Assembly: GCF_016432865.1 (NCBI RefSeq)
Contig: NC_067401.1
Span: 348,564,001 to 348,628,000, forward strand
Direction: 5' to 3'
Origin: Antechinus flavipes
Taxonomy: Eukaryota
DNA: 64,000 nucleotides
Each line of letters opens with the position of its first letter. Within the stretch, counting starts at the first letter, position 1. Under the pieces are notes generated by a model. The model made no database searches, was not told the DNA's origin, and was given only the letters and a program-made list of their open reading frames with translations. Of the stretch, positions 1 to 13,226 are shown piece by piece. The position numbers and the translations under genes are program-made.

Positions 1-1680
1 TTATGAAAGAAGAATCAGAACAAAAAAGGAAAAACCATGAGAAAGAAAAAAAAACAAAAAAGTGAAAACAGTATGTATCAATCTGCATTCAGATTGTAGT
101 TCTTTCTGTGTAGAAAGCATTTTCCATCATGTGTATTTTAGAATTGTCTTAGATCATTGTCTTGATGAAAAGAGCAAAATCTAACAAAGTTGATCATCTG
201 CAGTGTTGCTATAACTGTGAATAATATTCTTCTGGTTCTTCTCACTTCACTCAGCATCAGTTCTTGTAAAGTCTTCCCAAGTTTTCACAACACCATCTTG
301 CTCATTTCTTATACATTCATGTACATTATTATAATCATATAACCACTGTTTGTTCAGCCATTCTCCTATTGATGGGTATCCCTTCTATTTCAGTTCTTTG
401 CCACCACCAAGAGAGCTGATATAAACATTTTTGAACGTGTTTTGCACATAATTTCATTTTTATGATCTCTTTGGGATACAGACCTACTGGAGGTGTTGCA
501 GTGTCAAAGGGTGTATATAATTTTATAGCCTTTGGGGCACAGTTCTAAATTGTTTTCCAGAATGGTTGAATTAATTCACAACTCCAACAATGTGTTAACT
601 ATTCCAGTTTTCAGTCATTCTCTCTGACATTTATCGTTTTCCTTTTCTGCCATATTAGCCAATTTGATAGTTGTGAAATGGTACTTCAAATTTGTTGTAA
701 TTTGTATTTCTGTAATAAATTGCAATTTGGAGCATTTTTTTCATTTTTAATTATCTTAAACCTACCTGTTCATATTCTGTGACCATTTATGATTTGGGGA
801 ATGACTTGTATTCTTACCAATTTGACTCAGTTCTCCATATATTTTAGAAATGAGGCTTTTATCAGAAAAACTGGCTGTAAAAGTTGTTTCCCAGCTTTCT
901 ACTTCCCTTCTAATCTTGGTTGCATTGGGTTTGTACAAAAACTTTTAAATTTAATATAATCAAAATTACTCATCTTGTATTTCAAAATGTTCTCTATCTC
1001 TTAATTGATAATGAATTTTTCCTTTTTTCATTGATCAATAGATAAATTATTCCTTATTCTCCTAATTTGCTCATCTTTTTATGTCTAAGTCATGGACCCA
1101 TTTTGACCTTATTTTGGTATAGGGTATAAGATGTTAGTCAGTGCCTAGTTTCTGTCATACTATTTTTCAGTTTTCTTAGCAATTTTTGTCAATAGTGAGT
1201 TCTTCCCAGAAGGTGGAATCTTTGGGTTTATCAACAGAAGATTATTATAGCCATTGACTATTGTTCTTGTGAATAGCATACTCCAGTGATACACCATTCT
1301 GTTTCTTAGCCAGTCAACTAGTTTTAATGATTGCCACTTCATAATATAGTTTTTAGATCTGCTACAGCTAGGCCCTCTTCTTTCCATTCCCTCCCATGAC
1401 TTACCTTGATATTTTTGACCTTTTGTTGTTTCAGATGAATTTTGTTAGTTATTTTTTTTAGCTCTATACAATAATATTTTGGAAACTTCATATGGCACTA
1501 AATAAGTAAATTAATTTAGATAGAACTATTACGCTTCTTATATTCACTCAGCCTACTCATGAGCAATTGATATTTTTCTAATTATTTAGATCTACCTTTA
1601 TTTTGTGAAGGCTGTTTTGTAATTATGTTTATATAGTTCCTGGGTTTGTCTTAGCAGGTAAACTCCCAAATATTTTATAT
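1..1680 (-). mobile_element. Old LINE-1 fragment (ORF2 C-terminal part and 3' end), antisense
   Basis: Reverse-complement resemblance to L1 ORF2/3' UTR (e.g. gatgggtatccc...ctttgccaccaccaagagagctg; ggtatagggtataagatgt). Degraded; boundaries approximate. Confidence 0.7.
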
Positions 1681-1689
1681 GCAAAATAA

Positions 1690-3560
1690 ATCCTTAAAAA
1701 TGAAGAATGCTTCAGTAAAATAATGACTTGATTATAAAGGCAATAATAAAAAGGAAAATCCCATTCCAAATAACTTTGCAAACTGATGAATCATTCTACC
1801 AAAGCACCCAAAAGACTTATATGACTTCAAGTATGAATAGATCCTTAAAGAAATAATGATCCATTTAAATAGCTAGAAGTTATTCAGTGCTTGTAGCTGA
1901 ACTTGCTCAAATAATAAAAATGACAATTGTACCAAAGTTGATTTTAATACTCTTATCAAAGTTTATTTTATAGAATTCAGTAAAATAATAACAATTCATT
2001 TAGAAAAAGAAAAGGTTTTTGACTATCAAAAAAAAATTATGAGAACAGGTAGGGATGAAAGGAGAATAGTACTTCAAGACTTCAGACTATATTGTAATGC
2101 AAGAATCATTAAAGCCATTTATTATGGTTTAAAAAATAGAGGAGTGGATTGGAATAAGAGTCAGTAGGCATTTATTAAGTGTCTACTGTATGCCAGGCAC
2201 AGTATCAAGAATTAGGTACAATTAGGTATAATACTTAGGTACAAAGAAAAGGGTAAGACAGTTCCTGCCCTCAGGTAACTCACATTTCTGATGGAGAAAT
2301 ACAATATATAAAAAAAACTGAAAAGGAAGAAAAGATTACCCAACTTGGGGACAATATGAATTCCTGCAGCTAGGGTAGGAAATGTTTTAAGGAGGTTAGA
2401 ATTTCAAAATTTGCTTCATTTTGCAGATTGATTAGTTTCTAGAGATTTTTTAAGTTCAGGAAAGTAGGCAGATGGAAAATAATTAGATGAATTCCTTGAG
2501 TCTTCTCTTTTTAAAGTGTAGGACCAGAGATGATATTGCTAGTATCCATGTTCTATTCTCTCCAGGCAGAGAGGAGGGATGATACCAAGGGGCAGCAGAT
2601 TCTGAAGAGATATGAATTGTAGAGTTGATTTCATCTTGCAGAATGATGAGTTTCTGAAAATCTTCAGATCTAGGATAGTAGCCAAGTGAGAAAAGATGAA
2701 AAATCAATGAAACTGCTAGACAAAGGAGAATCAAAAGCAGTATTCCTGTGTTCAATAAATTGAACATACATACATTTTTTTTATTTAAAACTCCTGGAAA
2801 AACTAGAAAGCAGTCTGGTAGAAATTAGATTTAGACCAATATGATTAATACCACTATAATTAATATCATATTCCATGCTATGTTCTAAGTAAATATGTTA
2901 TTAAAAATTAGAAGAGCAAGAGGTCATATCTCATAGCTATGGGTAGAAGATGTATTCTAAACAAATGAGAGGATAGAGTCAATTATAGAAGATAAAGTAG
3001 ATAATCTTGATAACATGAAAATGAAAACTTTTGCACAAACAAAATTAATATATCTGGTATAAAAAAAGAAATGGTTAAAAGGGGAAAAAATCTTTGATAT
3101 CTAAGATATGCAGATAATGTGAAACCAAAGGACATTCCCAAATTGATTAGTGGTCAAAGGATATGAATAAACACTTCTCATAAGAAGAGTTGCAAACTAT
3201 TACCAACCTTATGAAAGAATGCCCTATGTCACAAATAACAAAACGAATGAAAATCCAAACTACTCAGAGATTCACGTCATCCTGCAAATTGACAAAATGA
3301 TAAAAAATGACAGTGATCAGTGTTGGAGATTGGGTAAAATAGATTCACTAGTAGATTCACTAGTATATTGTTGCTGGAGCTATGAATCAGGAAAGCAATT
3401 TTGGAAGGCATTTTGAAATGATACAAATAAAGTGATTAAAATGTGTATATCCTTGACCAAAAGAGTCCTTTACAACATTTATAGGTATTAAGAAGAAAAG
3501 TCCCCAATCCACCAAAACCTTTGTAATAGTTGTAATAGCATTAAAAAATTAAAAAAAAAT
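1690..3560 (+). mobile_element. Degraded LINE-1 ORF2 fragments, interrupted by an L2 tail at ~2160-2350
   Basis: L1-like motifs gacttcagactatattgtaatgc, ctcctggaaaaactagaaagcagtctgg, caaaggatatgaataaacacttctc. The L2 3' end is antisense (gtaggcatttattaagtgtctactgtatgccaggcac). Confidence 0.55.
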
Positions 3561-3884
3561 TAAAAAATTAAAAAATATATGGTGCCCAGTTTCTCATCTT
3601 TGAGCCCCATTCAGGACTTAGTGAAGTTAAAATTCCATAGGCTGGGATGAGAATTAATAAATTATCCTGCATTTTCTTCACATTATGCTTCTCTCTGGAT
3701 TAATCTTATCAGATATCAACTTTGAGCTTTGGATTTTCTTATAAGAAACAGCCTTGATTTTTATAGGAATCATAGATTTTCTTGACCCTATGAATCTTCC
3801 CTCCCATCTGTGGCCACATTGTCAGTAGTTGTAAAGAAGAAACAGAACATAGGAAGTGAAACATTAGAAACTTATCCCAATAGA

Positions 3885-6474
3885 AGACTTCCAGGAGCCA
3901 AGGTGGCACAGTAAGCAGTGAATTGCTGTAATTCTCCCATATTCATCTCTGGGAAATCATAAAATAGTGCTACAAGATAGATCCTAGAGTGATGAAACCA
4001 GCAAAGGAAGAAGATGAAACAATATGTTAGCCCAGGAAACTTAGAGGATAAACAGGAGGGGTCTTTTTCATTTGACTAGGAGAGGCACAGTCCAGGACAG
4101 GCAGTTTCCTCATAAGCCAGCAGCTAGCCCCACCTCCTGAGCCCCTATGTGGTAGAGGGGATGATCACTAACACCAGGAGTCCTTGCGTCCCTTGGTATG
4201 GCCAGGGAACCACTATGGGCTTTCATGTAGCCCTGGGGTAGGCATGCCTCTTCTAGAAGCTCAGCTACCTTGGGGATACAGCATAACTCTGGGTAGGTGG
4301 GCATTTTTCAGCAGCCAGGCCTCCACATGCTTTGACGAAACCCTAAGTGAGTGTCCTTTAGATGCCAGACCACCATGTTCATTGGTACAACTAAGGGCAG
4401 GTGAGCATCCTCTAGGTGCTGGACCACCACGGGCTTCAGTGTAACTCCAGGGAAGAACATGAAACACTGTGGTAGGCCTCAGCATGTGCCAGTTACTACC
4501 AGTAGGATCTCAGCTTAGCAACAGGTAAGCTGTCAGACTTCTACAGCCTTCAGCAAAGCCAACCAGCCTCCATCCCAACCTCTCAGCACAGCATCAAACT
4601 TGAAGGCCCTTCTTGAGCCTTAGGGCAACATCAGTGCAGCACCAAGTAAACAGCCAAGCCACTGGCACAAGAAGTCTAAGACAGTACTCCTTCTGCCATG
4701 GGAGCAAAGCTCAATTTTAAAAGAAAAGTAAAAGGTCAAAAAAAAAATTTTTTTTTAAGAAAAGAAAAGGGAATCTGACCATAGAAAGTTATTATGGTAA
4801 CTGGGAAGACCAAACAAGCTCAGAACAAGATAACGATGTTGAAACATCTGTGGGTAAAACCTCAAAGCAAGATGGTAAGTGAAGGAAGCCTAGAAAGAAC
4901 TCATTGGAGAGCCCAAAAAGGAGCTTAAAAATCATATAAAAGAAGTAGAAGAAAAATTGGGAAAAGAAATGAGAGTGATGCAAGAGAATTATGGGAAAAA
5001 AGAGTCAACAGTTTGGAAAACTGCTTAAAAAGTAAAAGTGGCTATATAGAAAGGGAGATTTTAAAAATCCACTAAAGAAAACAATTTCTTAAAGAGTACA
5101 ACGTGTCAAATGGCAAAGAAAGTACAAAAGCTACTTAAGAAAAACAACACCTAAAATTAGAATTGATCAAGTAGTAACTAATAACTCATCAAGAGTCATC
5201 AAGATTCTTCATCAAGAATCAAACAATTCAAAAGAATGAAAAAAAAATGGAAGAAAATATAAAATACCTCATGGGGAAAACAACTGACCTGGAAAATAGA
5301 TCCAGGAGAAGCAATATCAGAATCAGTGGACTACTTGTAAACCATAATCAAAAGGAGGATCTGGACAGCATCTTTTTAAAAATTATCAGGGGAAAACTGT
5401 CCTGATATCTTGGAACCAGAGGGAAGAATAAATATTGAAAGAAGCCACTGATCATCTAAGGAAAGAGATTCCCCCCAAATACCAAGGACCATTATATCAG
5501 AATTTCTGAACTATCATCAGCTCAGGGGAAAAAATACTACAAGTAGCCAGAAAGAAAAAATTCAAATATCAGGAAGTTACAATCAGGACACAACAGGACT
5601 TGTCAGCTGCAACATTAAAGGACTAAAGGTCATGGAATATAGTACTTGGACTACAACAACAAGCAAAATTAAAAATAATGCATCAATGGGAAAAAATGGT
5701 CATTCAATGAAATAGAACAGTTTCAAGCTTTTATAAGGAGAAGACCAGAACTAAACCAAAAATTTGACTTCTAATATCAGGACCCCAAGAAAAGCATAAA
5801 CAGATAAAAATGGAAAAGAAAATGTAAGAGATTCAGAAAAGCTACATTGTTTATATCGTACAGGAAGATGATATTTATAATTCTTAAAAATTGTATCACT
5901 AATAGTATAGCTAGAAGGAATATACATAGGGTATATGGGTATAAGGTGAAATTAAGTAAATGGCATCAAAAAAAAAAAAAAAAGGATGAGAAGAGTACAC
6001 AAGTAAGGAAGAGATAGAATGAGGTAATTTATTTCACATGAAGAAGCTGCAAGACCTATTACAGTAAAGGGGAAGATGGAAGGGTTAGCAATGAGCAACA
6101 TCACTTAAACCATACTCTCATCAATGTTGACTTGAAAAGAGAATAATATACACAATCAGTTGAATACATCCATTTATCTTACCCACCAAGGAGAAGTAAG
6201 AGAAAAGAACAAGTAAAGAGTAGAGGGTGAGTACTAACAGGAAGGAAAGGATGAAAGGAAAGAGAGAATAAACAGGAGGAAGAATAAGGGTGGAAGGAAG
6301 TACACAAGTAATAATTATAACTGTGAATGTGAATGGAATGAACTCTCCTCAAAAGCAGTAGATAGCAGAGTGGATCAAAAAACATAATCCTACACTATGT
6401 TTTTACAGGAAACATACTTGAAGCAGAAAGAAAAAAGATAGGGGACTAGAGCAGAATCCATTATGCTTCAGCTG

Positions 6475-6508
<34 letters not shown>

Positions 6509-8082
6509 GGGGCAGCAGTCCTGATCTCAGATAAAATAAAAGCAAAAACAGATGTAATTAAAAGAGGTAAGGAAGAAAACTACATTTTTTTTTTTTTTGG
6601 AAACTACATCTTACTAAAAGTTATCATAGACAATGCTAAATATATATATCCTAAGTGGTATATCATCCAGATTTTTAAAGAAGTTGAGTAAGTTGTAGAA
6701 AGAAATAGACATCAAAACTATACTAGTAGGGAATCTCAACTGTTTGAACTCTCAGAACTCAATAAATTCAGTCCACAAAATAAACAGGAAACTGAGGAGG
6801 TAAATAGAATATTAGGTACCATAAGTAATTTAGAAGAGCAAAGAATAGTTTCTCTGTCAGATCTATGGGAAAAGGAAAAATTCATGACTACACAAGAGCT
6901 CAAGAATATTACAAAATGAAAAATAGATAATTTTGACTATATTAAATGAAAAAGGTTTTGTATGAACAAAACCAATGCAACCAAGATTAGAAGGGAAGCA
7001 AAAAGGTTGGAAACAATCTTAATGGTAAGGCCTTATTTCTCAAATATATAAAGAATTGAGGTAAATTTTTAAGAATACAAGGCATTCCCTACTTGATAAA
7101 TGGTAAAAAAAAAAAAATATATATATATATATATGAACAGGCAGTTTTCAGATAAAGAAATCAAACATATCTATAGGCATATGAAGAAGTGCTCTGAATC
7201 ACTTTTGATTAGAGAAGTTCAAATTAAAACAACTCTGGCATATCACTTCACACCTATCAGATTAGCTGATATGACAAAAAAGGAAAGTGATAAATGTTGA
7301 GAGGATATGAGAAAATTGAGACACTAATGCATTATTGGTGGAGTTGTGAACCTGTCCAACTATTCTGGAGATCAATTTGGAACTTTGCCCAAAGGACAAG
7401 CAACTCTTTGATTCTGTAGCACTACTGCTAACTAGGTCTGTAAGCTTTCCCTTTTTATGGGCCCTATCTGTGCAAAAACATTTATAGGAGTCCCTTTTCA
7501 TGGTGGCAAAATATCAGAAACTGAGGGGATGCCCATTGGGAAATGGCTGACTAAACAATGGTACATGAATGCAATGTATTCTTGTACAATAAGAAATGAA
7601 CAGGTAAAATTAAAAAAAAAAAAAAAAAAAAAAAAACAAACCTTGAAAAACTTGTACAAACTGATGCAAAGTGAAATGAGCAGAACCAGGAAAACATTGT
7701 ATTCAGTATCAGCAACATTGTGAGATGATCATTTATGACTTGACTCGGCTCTTCTCAGTAACACAATGATCAAGGACAAATTCAAAGAATTCACAAAGGA
7801 GAATGCTATCCACTTCCAGATAAAGATGGACTCTGAATACAGATCAAAGTTTATTTTTTCACTGATTTTGTTCTTTTTTGTGTTTTTTTTCTTTTAATTG
7901 GTTTGTTTTTTCACAATTGTGATTAGTATGTAAATATATTTCACATGATAGCATATGTATAAACTACATCAAAATGCCTACCATCTTCTGACAAGGGGAG
8001 GGACGGGGGTGGGGGGGAATTGAAACTCAAAATCTTGTATGTTAAAATCAAGACTAATAGTTTTATAAAAAAAAAATAAAAA
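3885..8082 (+). mobile_element. LINE-1 retaining 5' UTR, ORF1 and both ends of ORF2 but with a large internal ORF2 deletion; inactive
   Basis: 5' end gacttccaggagccaaggtggc; ORF1-like region ~4790-5800; ORF2 endonuclease start ataactgtgaatgtgaatggaatg (~6315); abrupt jump to late ORF2 at ~6815; ORF2 C-terminus ~7260-7720; 3' UTR and A-tail to ~8080. Many stops and frameshifts. Confidence 0.85.
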
Positions 8083-8653
8083 TTTTCTTGGCATGTAACA
8101 GAGAAGAAATTAAAGCACTATTTAGAAATAAATAGGTAAATTAATTTATAGCAAGTAAATGAAGCAAAAAAAAAAAATTTGCTTCTAACTCTTCCCCTTC
8201 CATTTCAGTAAAAAGAAAGAAAATATCTGTCCCTTCTCATTACCTTGCCTTTCCCTCCTAGGGCCCTTCCCCAGGCAACAGAAGCTTGTACCATGAAGCT
8301 ATGATAACTCTACTTTTGCTATTGGGGCTCTGGAGTGTACACATATGTACACACATAACACACACACATACACATTTACATGTACCTAGGATGTACATGT
8401 ACCAGGTATGCACCAGGCACTGAGGTAGACCAAAGTTTAAAATCTCTTAATTCCTGACCTAAAGTACACCCATTCTCTTGTTTATGGTTGTCAACAAAAA
8501 GATACTCTTGAAACCAAATTTTAAATTATAAATATACTGGACCATAACACTGTAGATACATTATTGATTAAATAAGGTTTTATGAAAAGATCTGGGAAAC
8601 AGACCCCTTTGCTTAATAAAATAATGAACTTTTATAATATCTTCTTTCTATAG

Positions 8654-8878
8654 CGTCCCATAATCTCAATTTGTTGGGGCCACCGAGATTCACGACTACT
8701 TATGGCTTCTGGACCTGCCTTGTATGTGGTTCGTGTAGAACACCGGGTCTCTAGTCTTCAACTCCTGTGCCAGCAAGCTATTTCCAGCTCCATTAGGGAT
8801 GACAAGGATATCAGCAAGTTAACCCTGCCACCAAGGTTGTGCTCATACCTCACTACTGCCTTCATTCCAACAATTAAG
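8654..8878 (+). CDS. TULP4: TULP4 internal coding exon (probably exon 7 by human numbering): end of WD40 region and SOCS box
   Basis: Acceptor ttctatAG at 8653, donor GTAAAA at 8879. 225 nt, phase 0/0. Translates RPIISICWGHRDSRLLMASGPALYVVRVEHRVSSLQLLCQQAISSSIRDDKDISKLTLPPRLCSYLTTAFIPTIK, which I recognise as TULP4 with a SOCS box (SLQLLC...LTLPPRL). Confidence 0.96.
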
Positions 8879-9132
8879 GTAAAACAAACCTACCACCTCA
8901 CTCCTCTGGACATACATATTTTGTTCCCCTCTCCAATAAATGACAGGAACACTTCATGGAACAAAGAAAGTGGATCTATCTGCTGATGCCAACAAGGAAA
9001 GAGAAAATTAAAAATGGAAAGCCAGGGGCAAAGGCACAGTAACAAAATCCTATTGTGTTTCATTGCTTACTACATTTAATATCAGTATTGATCCTTATTT
9101 CTCATGAAAAAGCCGGGTTTCACAGTAAATAA

Positions 9133-9300
9133 ATTGCTGGAGTTAGAGTCAAGAAAACTTGAGTTCATCTCCTGCACTTAATATCTGTATCCTTGGGAAA
9201 GTAGTTTAATTTTTCTCTGTCTCAAATTCCTCATCTTTAAAGTGAGGATAATAAAAGCATCGTCCTCACAGGATTATTGTGAGGATCAGATGGTGAAATA
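9133..9300 (+). mobile_element. MIR SINE
   Basis: ggagttagagtcaagaaaacttgagttc...ctcaaattcctcatctttaaagtgaggataataa resembles the MIR core. Similar degraded MIRs lie near 17220, 17490, 18400, 20090, 26480, 47300, 51920 and 52580. Confidence 0.6.
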
Positions 9301-9777
9301 GTAAATATAAAGGATATCCTCATTCTATAGAAGAGAAAACTGAGACCCAACTTGAATGGACTCGGCTAGAAACTGTAGGAATTAGAACTCTCCTCAGTAG
9401 GACTGTGATGAAAACATGCTTCCTATCTCCTCTCAGATGCCTGATGTCCTTAAAGTGAAGACAGAGAAGTGCATATCCCCATGGGAATTTGTTTTGTTTG
9501 TGCGAAGTTGTTATGAGGATTTTATTTTTCCTTTTTTAATCATATAATTTGGGTTTATAGGAAAGTAAGGGAAAGAAAAGAAATTTTGCTTGTCATCTGG
9601 GGAAAAAAGAAAGGGTAGGAACTGATATTTAAACTCCTCATTAAAAATCTAGCACCTTTTCTTCTTTTCCATGTTGGCTCTTTTAGGTTATACCTACAAA
9701 TTAATATTCACAACCTAGTTGGCATTGTATCTCCCTTCACTAAAGTAATATCTATTCTTAACTATGTTCACCTTTAG

Positions 9778-10012
9778 CCCCCTATTCCAGACCCCAACAA
9801 TATGAGAGACTTTGTCAGCTACCCAACTGCCGGTAATGAAAGACTCCATTGTACCATGAAGCGGACAGAAGATGATCCAGAAGTAGGGGGGCCTTGTTAT
9901 ACTCTCTACTTGGAATATCTTGGTGGATTAGTACCCATTCTGAAAGGGCGTCGTATAAGCAAGCTTCGACCAGAATTTGTCATCATGGATCCAAAAACAG
10001 ATGGCAAAACAG
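9778..10012 (+). CDS. TULP4: TULP4 coding exon (probably exon 8)
   Basis: Acceptor cctttAG, donor GTGGGA. 235 nt, phase 0/1. PPIPDPNNMRDFVSYPTAGNERLHCTMKRTEDDPEVGGPCYTLYLEYLGGLVPILKGRRISKLRPEFVIMDPKTDGKT. Confidence 0.95.
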
Positions 10013-10423
10013 GTGGGATGCCTTTTTAAGAGAAGGGTGTTGTTAGGAACCTTTAAGAGTTATAGTAACATATGTGGAAAATGCTATTGTAATAAAGGGT
10101 CAGAAGAAATTACTCTGTTAAGAATTTTATTAAAGTAAAAGTATTTATTCATAACAGGTAAGCTCTTAAAAGGATAAGGACAAAAAAAATCCTTAAAGCT
10201 AGATCATAAATCATAGCATCAAAATGTAATAATATATAGTCTCTGACCAAGAATTTCTTTGGATGTACTTTCAGAAAACTAGAGTTTGATATATCTTCTT
10301 TTTCATCAGGTTTACATTTTCACATTCCCTTTGAGTATATTTTAATTATTGAAGTATTATGCCTATTCAGCATTGCCTTTGATAATCTCTATAGGAACTG
10401 TTCCACTCTAAGAATTATTACCA

Positions 10424-11295
10424 TACCACTACACACCTGTCAGATTGGCTAGAGTGACAGGGAAAGATAATGTGGAATGTTGGAGGGGATGTGGGAAAAC
10501 AGGGACACTGATACATTGTTGGTGGAATTGTGAACACATCCAGCCATTCTGGAGAGCAATTTGGAACTATGCTCAAAAAGTTATCAAACTGTGCATACCC
10601 TTTGATCCAGCAGTGTCTCTACTGGGCTTATACCTCAAAGAGATACTAAAGAAGGGAAAGGGACCTGTATGTGCCAAAATGTTTGTAGCAGCCCTGTTTG
10701 TAGTGGCTAGAAGCTGGAAAATGAATGGATGCCCATCAATTGGAGAATGGCTGGGTAAATTGTGGTATGTGAACATTATGGAATATTATTGTTCTGTAAG
10801 GAATGACCAGCAGGATGAATACAGAGAGGACTGGTGAGACTTACATGAACTGATGCTGAGTGAAATGAGCAGAACCAGGAGATCATTATATACCTCAACA
10901 ACGATACTGTTTGAGGATGTATTCTGATGGAAGTGGATCTCTTCGATAAAGAGAGTCTTAATTGATCAAAGATGGACAGAAGCAGCTACACCCAGAGAGA
11001 GAACACTGGGAGATGAATATAAACTGCTTGCATTTTTGTTTTTTTTCCCGGATTATTTATACCTTCTGAATTCAATTCTCCCTGTGCAACAAGAAAACTG
11101 TTTGGTTCTGCACACATATATTGTATCCAGGATATACTGTAACCTATTCAACATGTAAAGGATTGCTTGCCATCTGGGGGAGGGGGTGGAAGGAGGGAGG
11201 GGAAAAATCGGAACAGAAGTGAATGCAAGGGATAATGCTGTAAAAAATTAACCTGGCATGAGTTCTATCAATAAAAAGTTATTAAAAAAAAAAAA
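10424..11295 (+). mobile_element. Young 5'-truncated LINE-1 with 14-bp TSD
   Basis: Open ORF2 C-terminus (ORF 10445-10837, RGCGKTGTLIHCWWNC...WYVNIMEYYCSVRND), 3' UTR, AATAAA at 11270, poly(A). Exact TSD AAGAATTATTACCA at 10410-10423 and 11296-11309. Confidence 0.95.
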
Positions 11296-11989
11296 AAGAA
11301 TTATTACCACAGTTTGGCTAGAATGATTTAATATAATTTTCCTTATAAACTTGATTTTCTGATTCTTTGTTCACTATAATTTTTAAAGTTCAGTTGGAGA
11401 ATATTCATTTTTTAAATTAACTTCATTCATTTGATGGTATCTTAAGGTCTGATTTGAACTTAAGACTTCCTGACTCCAGGTCCAATCCTTTCTTTGCTGA
11501 GCCATCTTGCAGCCTTTAAATTTAGTACCAATATGTAAATTCCTCAGCTCTGCTACTTTATTCAAACTTGGGTAGGCTTTTGTTTTAAGATCTTTTAAAA
11601 TGCAGGTAGAGTCTAAGGAATAACATAACATGTAACATGCTTAGTGGCTTTTGCAGTTGCATGAATTTTGTTATTAAGGAAGACTACAGTGGTTGTACAA
11701 TAAGAATGATGATGTTATTTTGTATTTGAAATTCAAAACCAAATTTCATTTCAGATAATTAACTGTCTTTAGAAATTTGAACCCCCAAATCCTTGTTTAT
11801 TTTTATGTGTTTCTATAAAAAGCTGCTTTAGAATACAAATTCTGGCTTTATAGGATTTTAAATATTTTATGCCAGGATAGAGATAGTTCCTTCCTATCTA
11901 TCTAGCCACTACTTCATAGTCTCTCTAGCTAGATTATCATCTATCTATATCTCATCTTCCATGTATAAGTTTAGAGCTTTCTTCTCTTC

Positions 11990-12420
11990 CAACTTTCTCT
12001 TCCTCATTAAGTTCATCAGCTTATATGTGTTCAACTCTTATTTTTTATACACCTGACTTCCAGATCTATTTATCCAGCCTTTTCTCTTGAGCATCAGTTC
12101 CACATCACCACCTGACCTTTGGATGTTTCCAAGTAGATATTTCAAATCCAGTGTATCTAAATAGAATAAATTATCTTCTCTACCCCTTTCTCTCTTTTCT
12201 ACTCCCACCCCAAATTCTCCCTTCTTCTTGGGCCTGTTTTGCACCATTCTTCCAATCTCCCAAGTTTGCAGCCTCAAATTCATTCTTGCTTCTTTCTCCT
12301 TCCTCATTTTTTTATCTCATCATTTACCAACCAGATCTTTCATATTCATCTCCTTATTTCCATTTACATGACAATCATGCTTATTCCAGGCCTTTATCAT
12401 TTCTTGTCTGGAACACATAA
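11990..12420 (+). mobile_element. L2 LINE fragment
   Basis: ggatgtttccaagtagatatttcaaatccagtgtatctaaa resembles the degraded L2 ORF2 motif (LKLNMSKTEL region). A similar L2 lies at ~62060-62760. Confidence 0.55.
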
Positions 12421-12771
12421 AAAGGAAAGGAATCCCTGAGCCCCTTAATCTTTTCTGAGATGGTTATGAAACTATACTTATGGCACTGGTAGCCTTGACT
12501 TGGCCATGAGAGAAATATAAGCATACATTCAACATATCACTATAGAATTCTCCCTGCTCTTGTTTTGGAAAGTGAGAACCTTAGTCTTTGCCTTGCTAGA
12601 GAATTGCTGTGACTAATCACTTGTGGATTTCTTTAACTCTTGAATTAATTTTCCTTCTCAGTTTTTCAGCACTTCGTTAACAATTTGACAGCCACATCTA
12701 GCCTCCTTTTCTTTTTTTTCACTCGCTTCTTAAAAAAAATAATTAATTTTTAACAATAGCTTTTTATTTTC

Positions 12772-12966
12772 TTTTTTTTAAATTATAGCTTTTTATTTAC
12801 AAGATATATGCATGGGCAATTTTTCAGCATTGACCCTTGCAAAACCGTCTTTTTCAGCTTTTCCCTTCCTTCCCTCCATCTCCTCCCCTAGATGGCAGCA
12901 GGCAGACCCATACATGTTAAATATGTTAAATATAATATATGTATACATATCCATACAGTTATTTTG
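12772..12966 (-). mobile_element. Short L1 3' stub inserted into an older L1 tail, 17-bp TSD
   Basis: Antisense L1 3' end (atagctttttatttacaagatatatgcatggg). TSD AATAGCTTTTTATTTTC at 12755-12771 and 12967-12983. Confidence 0.85.
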
Positions 12967-13226
12967 AATAGCTTTTTATTTTCAAAATACATGCAGAGAT
13001 AGTATTCAACATTTACCCTTGTAAAACCTTGTTTCATTTACTTCTTACCTTCTCTTACAAACTGTTCTGGGAAGAGTATTTTCCTGAGTTCGTATGATAG
13101 GTTACTGCTATCGAATAAATCTATCATAACACAGAAGGCATAGAGAAACACACTTAGGTTTTATTATTTTTGCTCATTCAGAAGAATAACCCTCATCAAA
13201 GATTAAGATTTTAAGGAGCCTTTTTA

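Noticed and set aside
6480-7640. Long A and T homopolymers (e.g. ~6480-6505, ~6586-6598, ~7612-7636)
   Set aside because: Slippage expansions of natural A-runs within the L1, not independent retrocopy tails.
8879-8986. Extension of ORF 8702-8986 beyond IPTIK (and similar extensions of ORFs 9802-10029 and 19825-20106)
   Set aside because: Intronic run-on beyond splice sites, not separate genes.
10445-10837. 130-aa ORF as a stand-alone gene
   Set aside because: It is the C-terminus of L1 ORF2 in a 5'-truncated insertion with TSDs, and it lacks a real ATG start.
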